Source of the DNA: Polyangiaceae bacterium
Lineage (GTDB): Bacteria; Myxococcota_A; Polyangia; Polyangiales; Polyangiaceae
Direction of reading: 5' to 3'
Assembly: GCA_965222375.1 (NCBI GenBank)
Contig: CBDCTZ010000012.1
Span: 96,001 to 160,000, forward strand
DNA length: 64,000 nucleotides
The notes under the pieces: generated by a model
What the model saw: only the letters and a program-made list of their open reading frames with translations
Told to the model about the DNA's origin: nothing
Database searches by the model: none
Program-made: the position numbers and the translations under genes
In this document: positions 42,070 through 51,085 of the stretch, in pieces
Position numbering within the stretch: position 1 is the first letter of the stretch
Layout: each line of letters starts with the position of its first letter

Positions 42070-44019
42070 ATGGCGGAAGGTCAACGCTCAGGCAGCGAAA
42101 GTTCTCTAGCAGACATCGTGCTGACCCCCCTCGGCTCGCAGGCACCACCGAGCGGAGGCGCCGCACCCGTGGACGATGTGTTGGCCAACGTGGACCCAGC
42201 AGCGCTCCGGATTCCCCCGCGACGGCGAAAAGGGCCGCCGCCCCTCCCGAAGCAGGCGCAAGCCTCACCGCAGCCTGCGCCGGGGCGTCGCCGTCGCCTC
42301 GGCGAAGTCTTGGTGGACGCTGGTGTCGTCACCGACGAAGACATCGGCCGCGCACTCGGCGTGCAGAAGATGGGTGGAGGGCGCCTCGGCGGCATCCTGG
42401 TGAAACTCAAGTTGTGCACCGACGCGGAGATCCGCCGAGCCCTCGCGGAACAGCTGGGGATGGAGGTGTACGATCTCGGTAACGTCGAAATGGACGAGTC
42501 GGTGCTGAAGCTCCTGCCCCGGGAGATGATCAAGAAGTACGAGGCGATACCAATCCGAGTCGACGCAAGCACGCTGTACGTGGCGATGAAGGACCCCTAC
42601 AACTTCACGGTCGTCGACGACATTCGCTTCGTCACGGGTTTGAAGGTGGTCGTGCTGGCGTGCACCGAGGCGGACTTCGCAGCGTTCATGGAGTCCCACT
42701 TCCAGACCCAGTGCTTGATCGAGGAGATTTTGGACGGCGGGCAGTTCTACGACAAAGCCATCTCGTCCATAGACACCAATTCCGAACTGATGCCCAGCCC
42801 CGAGGAGGAAGAGGAATCGGAAATCGTCCACGACTTGCGCCTGGCCGGAGAGCACCCTCCGATTATTACGTTGTGCAACTTTCTGCTCGTCGAGTCGATC
42901 AACCGGCGTGCCAGCGACATACACATCGAACCCTACGAGACCTTCTTTCGGGTCCGGCTACGCGTAGATGGTCGGCTCCAGACCCTGATCACACCTCCCC
43001 AGCGTCTTCACGGGCCGATGATCACCCGCATGAAGATCATGGGCGACATGGACATCGCGAAGCGGCGCATTCCCCAGGATGGTCACATTGCGATCACGTA
43101 TCGTGGCGAAACTTGTCACTACCGCGTTTCCACGCTGCCTACGGTCTATGGAGAGAAGTGCGTGATCCGCTTGCTGAAGAAGGACGAGTCCCTCGTGGAC
43201 GTCGAACGTCTGGGATTCGACGATAACCTACTCGCCACTCTAAAGAAGTCCCTCAAGACATCTCAAGGAATCGTGCTCGTCACCGGGCCGACGGGTAGTG
43301 GCAAGACGACGACCCTGCACGCGGGGCTGTCCTACATCAATGATCCAGATACCAATATCGTGACCCTGGAAGATCCCGTCGAGGCGAGCTTGCCGGGAAT
43401 CAACCACGTGCAGATCCACGAGGCAGCTGGCGTGACATTCGCATCGGGCCTGCGGTCCATCCTGCGGCAGGATCCAGACGTGGTTTTCGTGGGAGAGATG
43501 CGCGACCCGGAAGTCGCCAAGATCGCAGTCAAGGCAGCCCTCACCGGGCACTTGGTGCTCTCGACCCTGCACACCAATAGCGCTGCGGAATCCCTGATGC
43601 GCTTGGAAGACATGGGTGTTCCGCCCTACCTGCTTGCGAACGCCTTGCTCATGATCGTCGCGCAGCGGCTGGTGCGCAGCATCTGCCCGTCCTGCCGCAC
43701 GCCCTACGAACCCACTGAGGACGAGAGAGTCGAGTTTCGGCTGGATGAAGAGCGGCTGCGCGGAGCGACGTTGATGTCCGGCAAGGGCTGCGACACTTGC
43801 TATGACACCGGGTACCGGGGGCGCGTGGCCGTATACGAGGCGCTGGTGATTGACAACGAGCTGCGTACCCTGGTGCGCCGCGGCACCCCCTTGGACGAGA
43901 TCATGGACTGCGCACTGTCAAAGGGCATGCGACTGCTCTTTGAAGCCGGAATCGATCGAGCTTTGCGGGGCGAAACGACCTTGGCAGAGGTGCGCCGCTG
44001 CCTCAGCGATGCGCGCTAG
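42070..44019 (+). CDS. GspE/PilB-family secretion ATPase with N-terminal MshEN motif
   Basis: RLGEVLVDAG..ALGVQ..RLGGILV, ASDIHIEP, GPTGSGKTT, LRQDPD, STLHTN, CPSC..CDTC. Confidence 0.95.
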   Translation: MAEGQRSGSESSLADIVLTPLGSQAPPSGGAAPVDDVLANVDPAALRIPPRRRKGPPPLPKQAQASPQPAPGRRRRLGEVLVDAGVVTDEDIGRALGVQKMGGGRLGGILVKLKLCTDAEIRRALAEQLGMEVYDLGNVEMDESVLKLLPREMIKKYEAIPIRVDASTLYVAMKDPYNFTVVDDIRFVTGLKVVVLACTEADFAAFMESHFQTQCLIEEILDGGQFYDKAISSIDTNSELMPSPEEEEESEIVHDLRLAGEHPPIITLCNFLLVESINRRASDIHIEPYETFFRVRLRVDGRLQTLITPPQRLHGPMITRMKIMGDMDIAKRRIPQDGHIAITYRGETCHYRVSTLPTVYGEKCVIRLLKKDESLVDVERLGFDDNLLATLKKSLKTSQGIVLVTGPTGSGKTTTLHAGLSYINDPDTNIVTLEDPVEASLPGINHVQIHEAAGVTFASGLRSILRQDPDVVFVGEMRDPEVAKIAVKAALTGHLVLSTLHTNSAAESLMRLEDMGVPPYLLANALLMIVAQRLVRSICPSCRTPYEPTEDERVEFRLDEERLRGATLMSGKGCDTCYDTGYRGRVAVYEALVIDNELRTLVRRGTPLDEIMDCALSKGMRLLFEAGIDRALRGETTLAEVRRCLSDAR

Positions 44020-44066
44020 CGTGTCTGCGTTGTAAAGGCTTCGCCGATCCGGCTAGGCTGCCGCTG

Positions 44067-45266
44067 ATGGCTTCGGGAGGGTCCCTCGGTTACGCCCGCG
44101 GTGCGGTGAAAGTCGTCGCGCTCGCTGTCGGGTTCTTCGGGACCCTGGTGTGCCTGATGGCCCTTGTGGGCAAGTTTGCCGAGAGTGGCTGGATGCGCAG
44201 CCTCGTGGCTCTGGTGGTCGCGCTTGCCGTGCCCGCGGTCGTGGCGGATCGCCTATTGCCTGACGATGACCCCTCCAAAGGCAAGGGAGTCGTTGGAGAC
44301 GCGTTCGCAGTGTTGTGGCTTGGCGTGCCCGTCGTGTTTGCCGTCGTCCTGGGCGGGGCGACGAGCGGGTTGCTCCGCACAGAAGGGGATCGCCTGACCC
44401 AAGCGGGTGTTGGGAGCTTGGGCCGCGTCGCCTATTTGCTCAGCGGCACCGAGGCGATCGTGACCAAGGCTGGGGAGGGCGAGGTGGCGACCTCAGGGAG
44501 CGCTGCACCCAGCGCGGCTCCGCAAGCGTCCGCGTCGCTGCCGCTTCCCGCAGCCAGTGCGGTGCCCAAACTCGACGACGCGGGTACGCCGAAGCCAAAG
44601 CCCAAGCAGCCTGGGGAGAAGAACCCCGCCGAACTCTTCAAACAGCTCGCACCGAGTGTGGTGTCGATCAACATCAAGGTCCGGGGCGATGCGGAGGGGG
44701 GTGGTACGGGGTTCTTGGTAGACACCAAAGGCACGATTGTCACCAATCATCACGTCGTCGCTGTCGGCAAGGAGATCCGTATCAAGTTCTTCAACGGCGC
44801 GATCTATGAAGAGGTCGACGTTCTGGAGCAGGACCCGAGCCAAGATCTCGCGCTGCTGGCCATCAAGCTGAGCAAGCCAAAAGAGGGCAAACGGCCCAAG
44901 GTGCAGCCCCTTTCCCTTGGAGACTCGGACAAGGTGCAGGTGGGCGAGCGCGCCATCTCGATCGGCAACCCCTTGGGCCTGGAACACACGCTCACGGACG
45001 GTTTGGTGTCTGCTCGCCGCGTGTATCAAGGCAAGCACTGGATTCAAATGAGTGTGCCCGTGTCTCCCGGCAACTCCGGTGGGCCGGTCTTCGACATGAA
45101 GGGCAAGGTCATCGGTGTGACCACAGCGCAAGTTCTGGGCGGGTTCTTCGGCCGCGCGCAGAACTTGAACCTCGCCATACCCGTGAACATCGTCAAGAAA
45201 CACATCCGCTCGCAGTACCCGAACCGGCGAAAATTCGGCAGTAAGAGTGGGGGCTCGCATTGGTAA
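44067..45266 (+). CDS. Membrane-anchored trypsin-like serine protease (no PDZ)
   Basis: 3 N-terminal TM helices; TNHHV, DLALL, SPGNSGGP. Confidence 0.92.
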   Translation: MASGGSLGYARGAVKVVALAVGFFGTLVCLMALVGKFAESGWMRSLVALVVALAVPAVVADRLLPDDDPSKGKGVVGDAFAVLWLGVPVVFAVVLGGATSGLLRTEGDRLTQAGVGSLGRVAYLLSGTEAIVTKAGEGEVATSGSAAPSAAPQASASLPLPAASAVPKLDDAGTPKPKPKQPGEKNPAELFKQLAPSVVSINIKVRGDAEGGGTGFLVDTKGTIVTNHHVVAVGKEIRIKFFNGAIYEEVDVLEQDPSQDLALLAIKLSKPKEGKRPKVQPLSLGDSDKVQVGERAISIGNPLGLEHTLTDGLVSARRVYQGKHWIQMSVPVSPGNSGGPVFDMKGKVIGVTTAQVLGGFFGRAQNLNLAIPVNIVKKHIRSQYPNRRKFGSKSGGSHW

Positions 45267-46741
45267 TGGCGATTCGCAGCAACGTCGTTTCCCTGATTCT
45301 CGTTGGCTTGCTCGGCGTCTTGATCGTCGCCTTGGCGACCAAGAAACGCCAGCCCCACGCGATCACCGTTGCGGCGCCTGAACGGAGCGCGGCGCCCGCG
45401 GCTTCATCCGCTGAGGCCCCGGCCAGCTCGGCTTCCGCCGCGGCCAGCAGCCCAGCCGTCAAGCAAGCCAAGGCGCCGCCCACGTTGAAGCGCCCGCTCC
45501 GGGTGGCCGCTCTGAGTTGGGAGGTTCTTGCGCCGGCAGTCCTCGAGAACGGAGGTTTGGAGCCGAACGACAAGAGTGGCTTCGGCAAAGCGGGCGTCCG
45601 GATCGGACTCTCCATCGTGGACGGTTCCGAAGGCGCGAATCAGGCCCTTGCGCGTGGGGGCGCGGACGACAGTGGCGCAGACGTTGCCCTGGTACCCCTT
45701 TCGGGCTTCATCGCCTCCTACGAAAAACTTAGGGCCCTCGACCCGGTGATTTTTCACGTGAGCCACTGGTCCAGAGGCCGGGAGGTTCTCACGACGAAGA
45801 ACGGCAAGGGCCTGGACTCTCTGCCTGACCGGGGGCGAATCACCTTGTCCCCGGCGGAGCGGGATCCCGCTACTTTTTCTGCGCTCTTTCTGCTGGACGC
45901 GGCGGGGGTCGCCCCCGCGCGCATCGACCTGCTGAGCTCCGATGACCCGAAGGCTCAGGTTCGTGCGCGCACGCGCTTGGCCGCAAATCAGAAAGACGCG
46001 GTCAAGCAGTCCGATGCAGTGCTCAGTACCGCCGAAGCGTCGCGCTTGATGCCCGTGGTCGCGATCGCTCAACGGGGCTTCATCCAGAAACACACGCTGG
46101 CTCTCAAGAAGTTCATGCTCGGATTCTTGAAGGGCCAAAAGGCGTTGGCAGAGGACGCCGCGACGAGCGCGCGAAAGATCTCCAAGTTGGATGGCGCCCC
46201 GGAGCCCGTGGCGCTGCTCGGCGGGCTGGGCGAATTGGCGGCCGTGCCTCTCGCCGAAAACGCCGAGCTGTTCGGACTCTCGGGGCGCGGTGCAGTCAAA
46301 GTCGAAACGCTCTTGTCCCGCGGGTTTCGTTTGTGGCGTGAGGCCAAGCTGTCCAGTTCGCCCGGACCGGAAAGCGTCGTCGCCGACGGTCGCATCGTCG
46401 CCTTGCTCATTCGTGCCAGCCGGGTGACCCCCAGGGGGCCTCCGCCGAAAGCGAGCGCACCCGACAAACCGAGCCCCGCGCTTCTCGTCTACCGCCAGCG
46501 GGGCAGTAGTTTGGACGAAGATGCATTCTTGGTGGAAGTCGGATTGCTTGCGGGGATCTTCCCACGTTCGCCGCTAGCACTGACGGTCCATCGCGGGGTC
46601 GCTCCGGATAAAAAGCGAAGTGAGCAGCTGGTCGAGCAAGCGCAAGATCGTTTCGGGCTCGCGCCAGGCCGGCTCACGGTCGGCAAGATCCGCCCTCGAG
46701 CCCGCACCCACGCCACGCTTCAGATCCTGCCGATCCCCTAG
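45260..46741 (+). CDS. Membrane-anchored protein, probable NMT1/SsuA-like substrate-binding fold
   Basis: N-terminal TM, Ala/Pro linker, WSRG motif; start overlaps upstream stop. Confidence 0.6.
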   Translation: MVMAIRSNVVSLILVGLLGVLIVALATKKRQPHAITVAAPERSAAPAASSAEAPASSASAAASSPAVKQAKAPPTLKRPLRVAALSWEVLAPAVLENGGLEPNDKSGFGKAGVRIGLSIVDGSEGANQALARGGADDSGADVALVPLSGFIASYEKLRALDPVIFHVSHWSRGREVLTTKNGKGLDSLPDRGRITLSPAERDPATFSALFLLDAAGVAPARIDLLSSDDPKAQVRARTRLAANQKDAVKQSDAVLSTAEASRLMPVVAIAQRGFIQKHTLALKKFMLGFLKGQKALAEDAATSARKISKLDGAPEPVALLGGLGELAAVPLAENAELFGLSGRGAVKVETLLSRGFRLWREAKLSSSPGPESVVADGRIVALLIRASRVTPRGPPPKASAPDKPSPALLVYRQRGSSLDEDAFLVEVGLLAGIFPRSPLALTVHRGVAPDKKRSEQLVEQAQDRFGLAPGRLTVGKIRPRARTHATLQILPIP

Positions 46742-47631
46742 CGGCGCCACAGGGGGATGGGTTGGAGCCGAGGGCCGCGACGGGGAAAAGGCTTGCCCCC
46801 GACCTCGACCAGCCGCTGCACCCGGCCGCGGTGACCGGGGTAGGGCTGCAACAACTCCAGCATGCGCGCGTCGTCGGCCTCGCGCTCTCCGGCGAGGTTG
46901 AAAGCCACGAGCCTGGGCAAATGGTAATCGCCGACGCTGACAGCGTCGGCGTCCCCCAAAGCGACTCGAGCTAGTTCCGCCACGGTCCACTCGCCAATGC
47001 CGCGTAAACTACCAAGTCGCCGCTTCGCAGCGCCGAGGGGCATGTCGGGTAGCTCTTCCAGGCGCCGAGCATGCTTGGCCGCACGGATCAGGGTTTCGGC
47101 GCGGCGCCGTTCAATGCCCATGCGGTGCATCTCGTAATAGGGCAAGGCTGCTAGTTCGTCCGAAGCCGGGGGGAGCGAAAGGGCGAAGGGCCCAGGCGCG
47201 GGCTGACCCAAGCGTCGGCACAGGCGGTAGTATCCCTGCCAGGCTTGTTTGCCCACGACCTTCTGTTCCAACACGATGAGTAGCAAACACTGCATCACGG
47301 TATGGGCTCGGGGGATTCGCACACCGGGAAGTTTGCGGGCCAGGTCCGCAACGGCTCCTTGGGGTTGAAACCCCTCGAGTAGATCGCCGAGTCCGACCAA
47401 GTCTGGCCCGATGGACAGCGCCCAATCCTCGCCCGCGCCGAAGGCTTGCAGTGAGAGCTTGGGGCCTTCGACGGCAATTCGCAGGGTGGCAGGCCCCTCG
47501 GGCGTGCGCATGGCACGCCACCAGGCGCCGGTTTCGTCTCTCCGCATGCAGGGATCCGCCTTGCCGCGTACGAACACACCCAGGGTGCGATCTAGGTCGA
47601 GTTTTCCAGTCAGCTGTACTTCGCGATGCAT
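46738..47631 (-). CDS. AlkA-like HhH-GPD DNA glycosylase
   Basis: LEQKV, LRGIGEWT, GDADAVSVGDYH. Confidence 0.88.
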   Translation of the reverse strand: MHREVQLTGKLDLDRTLGVFVRGKADPCMRRDETGAWWRAMRTPEGPATLRIAVEGPKLSLQAFGAGEDWALSIGPDLVGLGDLLEGFQPQGAVADLARKLPGVRIPRAHTVMQCLLLIVLEQKVVGKQAWQGYYRLCRRLGQPAPGPFALSLPPASDELAALPYYEMHRMGIERRRAETLIRAAKHARRLEELPDMPLGAAKRRLGSLRGIGEWTVAELARVALGDADAVSVGDYHLPRLVAFNLAGEREADDARMLELLQPYPGHRGRVQRLVEVGGKPFPRRGPRLQPIPLWRR

Positions 47632-47689
47632 CGTTCGAGAGCCGCTCGCGGCGAGCCATGCCGCCGCCAGCGGTGCTATTGTCTCAGAG

Positions 47690-48739
47690 ATGAGGACGGT
47701 TGCATGGGTTTCGGCCGCGATTTGCATGCTGGCGGTCGCTTGCGGTTCTGACGACGAATCGCCAAAGGGCCAACCCACTGCTGACGCGGGTATCGATGCC
47801 ACGGCGGCCGGGGCCGGTGGTGCGGCCGGGGCCGCCGCCACGGGCGGCGCGGGTGGCACGGCCGCGTCGGCGGGTGGCGGCGGCCAGGCTGGAAGCGCTG
47901 GAGCGCCGGCGACCTGTAGCGTGGCTCCAAAGCCGCCGGGCGCGAGTGTGGTCAAGGTGACCTCGAGTGGGCAGGAGCGTACGGCGCGCCTCGTGATCCC
48001 TCAGGGGTACGACGCAACCAAGCCCACCGCGCTCGTGTTGGTGTTTCACGGCTACCTGGAGACCGCGGAGCAGATCGAGAACATCAGTCAGATGTCCGTC
48101 GCCGCTGCTGGCCAGAATGTGATCGTGGCCTACCCCCAGGGGATCTCGGTCAGCTGGAACGCCGGCAAGTGTTGCGGAAGTTCCGCCAGTCAGAAGCGTC
48201 CTGACGTGAAGTTCGTCGCGGATCTTCTCGACCACCTCGAGCAGGAACTCTGCATCGACAAGAAACGGATCTATGCAGCCGGCTTTTCCAATGGCGGCAT
48301 GATGTCGAACCGTCTCGCCTGTGAGCTTTCCAAACGCATCGCGGCCATTGGGCCCGTCGCGGGGCCCCTCGCGATTGACGAGTGCCTACCGCAGCGGCCC
48401 ATGCCCGTGATCGAGTTTCACGGCACGAGTGACCTCATCGTGCCCTACAACGGTGGCGGGCTGTCCGGCACGCGAAGCGTCAGTGACAACATCGATTGGT
48501 GGCAGAAGAACGCTTGGTGCCAGGACTCCGCTCCAGCGGAGGTCTACAACAATGGGGACACGATCTGCACCGAATACTCCCAGTGCAAGGAAGGCGCCGC
48601 GATCCGTCTTTGTACCGTGGACAAGGGTGGTCACCAGTGGCCCGGTGGCAAGAGTGCGGGGCCCGCGGGCAAGTTGACCAAGGACATCGACGCCAGTGCT
48701 GAGATGCTGAAGTTCTTCCTGGCTCACCCCATGCCCTAA
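47690..48739 (+). CDS. LpqC/PHB-depolymerase-family esterase lipoprotein
   Basis: AVAC lipobox; FHGY, WNAGKCC, GFSNGG, HGTSD, GHQWPG. Confidence 0.9.
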   Translation: MRTVAWVSAAICMLAVACGSDDESPKGQPTADAGIDATAAGAGGAAGAAATGGAGGTAASAGGGGQAGSAGAPATCSVAPKPPGASVVKVTSSGQERTARLVIPQGYDATKPTALVLVFHGYLETAEQIENISQMSVAAAGQNVIVAYPQGISVSWNAGKCCGSSASQKRPDVKFVADLLDHLEQELCIDKKRIYAAGFSNGGMMSNRLACELSKRIAAIGPVAGPLAIDECLPQRPMPVIEFHGTSDLIVPYNGGGLSGTRSVSDNIDWWQKNAWCQDSAPAEVYNNGDTICTEYSQCKEGAAIRLCTVDKGGHQWPGGKSAGPAGKLTKDIDASAEMLKFFLAHPMP

Positions 48740-48805
48740 GGGTTTTCTTCGACCGTGCTCAGCGGGTGCTTCATCAATCCCCCGCGGATGTGCCACAATG
48801 CTGAG

Positions 48806-50680
48806 GTGCGAAAAGCGCTCGTTTTACTGTGGGCCCTCTTCTGCGTGGCCGTTGCGTCCTGCGCCAACTCCACGGACGCGGGTTCACCCGGCACGGGGAC
48901 TGGCGGGGCGAGCAGCTGTGGCGTGGGCACCACCAGCTGCGACGGCGTGTGCACGAATACCGACGTCGATCCCGACAATTGCGGCAGTTGCGGGCAGCGT
49001 TGTTTGACTGGAGAGAGCTGTCAGGGCGGCAGCTGCAAGGCAGGATGCTGGAGCACCCAGGTGCCATGCGGAGGGAGCTGCGTCGACACTTCGGCAGATC
49101 CAGAGCATTGCGGTGGCTGTGATCAGAAGTGCTCCGGTGGCCAAGTCTGCGCCCAGGGCGTGTGTGCGGACAGCTGCGGCGGTGGTGAGTCTGCCTGCGC
49201 CGGAGTCTGCACGGACCTGACATCGGATCCCGCGAATTGCGGCAGCTGCGGACTCATTTGCGGGGTCGGGGAGGTCTGCTCCGCCGGCAAGTGCAGCCCG
49301 AATTGCAGCGGTGGCCTGACTCAATGCAGTGGCGTCTGCGTCGATACGCAATCGGATCCAGAGCACTGCGGGCAGTGCGCCAAGCTCTGTGCCGTCGGCC
49401 TGGGTGAGGTCTGCTCTCTCGGGCAGTGTTCCCTGTCGTGCCTGGGCGGCACCGTCAACTGCGGTAACACCTGTGTGGATACAGAGACGAACAATTCACA
49501 CTGCGGGAGCTGCGGTAAGCAATGCACCGCGGGGCAGCTCTGCAGTGGTGGCAAGTGTGCTCTGTCCTGCACGGGTGGGACGACGAATTGCGCGGGCAAG
49601 TGTGTCGACACCGACGTGGACCCGAACCACTGCGGCTCATGTGGCAAGACCTGTCCTTCGGGAGAGAGTTGCCAGAATGGCGGTTGCACTCTCGTGTGTA
49701 GCTCGGGTCTGACCAAGTGCGGCTCACAATGCGTCAACACGCAGACCAGCCTGGTCCACTGCGGGGGCTGCAACAAGCCTTGCTCCGCAGGCGAAGCCTG
49801 CCTCAGCGGAGTCTGCACGCTGGTGTGCAGCGGCGGCACGACCAAGTGCGGCAATCAGTGCGTCAACCAGCAAACTGACACGAACAACTGCGGCAGCTGC
49901 GGCAAGAAGTGCAGTGCTGGCCAAAGTTGCGTGGCTGGCGTGTGCAAGCTGGTGTGCGGGTCCGGGCTCACGGCTTGCAGCAACAAGTGTGTCGATACCA
50001 AAGTGGATCCGTCCAATTGCGGCAGCTGCGGCAAGACCTGCCCCAGCGGTCAGAGCTGCCAGAACAGCGTTTGCACCTTGGTCTGCAGCGGCGGGACCAC
50101 GAATTGCTCCGGTCAGTGCGTGAATCTGGCCAATGACGAAAACAATTGCGGCAGCTGCGGTAACACCTGTTCCGCACAGCAAACCTGTACCTCGAGCAAT
50201 TGTGTGAACAACTGCAACCCGACGACCAATCACGCGACCAGCGCGACCGCCAGCAGCAACTCGGGTAGCGGCACTGGAGCCATCGGCCCCGCGAACATGA
50301 ACGACGGGTTCGGGGAAGCCAGTTGTGGGACCCAGGGGTGGCATTGGATCAAAGCCACGACGTCACCGGGCACGGCCTACGCGGAGCTCGCCTGGACTAC
50401 GACGAAGACCATTGGGCGAATCAAGATCGACACTGCCGCGTGCGCCGTTGCCGGCTGCGGTATCATCGCCGGGCGAGCCGTGGCGGGTGGCACGATCCAG
50501 TATTGGAGCGGGAGCAGCTGGGTTACGGCCGGCACCGTGTCCGGCAAGCAAAACGACTGGGAGTACGTGTTTCCCGCCCCGGTCCAGACCACGAAGATTC
50601 GCGTCTACGCCCTCACGGCGTACAACTGCGGCCTGGCGCAGAACCCGGTGGTCTACGAGTTCCAGGCGTTTTCCTGCTGA
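48806..50680 (+). CDS. Cys-rich repeat lipoprotein (10 STIG1/MXAN_6577-like repeats) with C-terminal discoidin-like domain
   Basis: VASC lipobox; repeats C.GG.T.C...CVD...D..NCG.CG..C..G..C..G.C. Confidence 0.88.
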   Translation: MRKALVLLWALFCVAVASCANSTDAGSPGTGTGGASSCGVGTTSCDGVCTNTDVDPDNCGSCGQRCLTGESCQGGSCKAGCWSTQVPCGGSCVDTSADPEHCGGCDQKCSGGQVCAQGVCADSCGGGESACAGVCTDLTSDPANCGSCGLICGVGEVCSAGKCSPNCSGGLTQCSGVCVDTQSDPEHCGQCAKLCAVGLGEVCSLGQCSLSCLGGTVNCGNTCVDTETNNSHCGSCGKQCTAGQLCSGGKCALSCTGGTTNCAGKCVDTDVDPNHCGSCGKTCPSGESCQNGGCTLVCSSGLTKCGSQCVNTQTSLVHCGGCNKPCSAGEACLSGVCTLVCSGGTTKCGNQCVNQQTDTNNCGSCGKKCSAGQSCVAGVCKLVCGSGLTACSNKCVDTKVDPSNCGSCGKTCPSGQSCQNSVCTLVCSGGTTNCSGQCVNLANDENNCGSCGNTCSAQQTCTSSNCVNNCNPTTNHATSATASSNSGSGTGAIGPANMNDGFGEASCGTQGWHWIKATTSPGTAYAELAWTTTKTIGRIKIDTAACAVAGCGIIAGRAVAGGTIQYWSGSSWVTAGTVSGKQNDWEYVFPAPVQTTKIRVYALTAYNCGLAQNPVVYEFQAFSC

Positions 50681-50808
50681 GCGCTTCGGGCCCCTGCCCC
50701 AAAAAGGACGTCTCGACCAGGCGCTCAGCTGCAGCGCCCGCAACAATCAACTTTTGCTATGCTTCCGCCCGCCCGGCGCTGCTGCGCCGAACCGAAAGGA
50801 CCGAACTC

Positions 50809-51003
50809 GTGTCAGATTACGCCTGTGAGAAGTGCGGAATGAGTGTGAAGGGGATGACCTGTGGCAAGTGCAACGCTGCCCTAGAGCACGGCACCATCAC
50901 CAAACCGGACGGCACGGAAGTGCATGTGGCGAAGTGCCCCAGCGGGTGCGGCAAGATCAAGTCGCCCATGTGCTGCGGCCAAGACATGGCCTGCCCCACC
51001 TGA
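50809..51003 (+). CDS. 64-aa Cys-rich metal-binding protein
   Basis: AAAGGA SD before GTG; CEKC, CGKC, CPSGC, PMCCGQDM (9 Cys). Confidence 0.78.
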   Translation: MSDYACEKCGMSVKGMTCGKCNAALEHGTITKPDGTEVHVAKCPSGCGKIKSPMCCGQDMACPT

Positions 51004-51085
51004 ACTTCTCCTTGGGAGCTATCGTGCGTACGGCAGGAGGCGCGCCTGGAGCCCGCCTAGGGATGAGCTGTGCGTCCCCCGAGAA

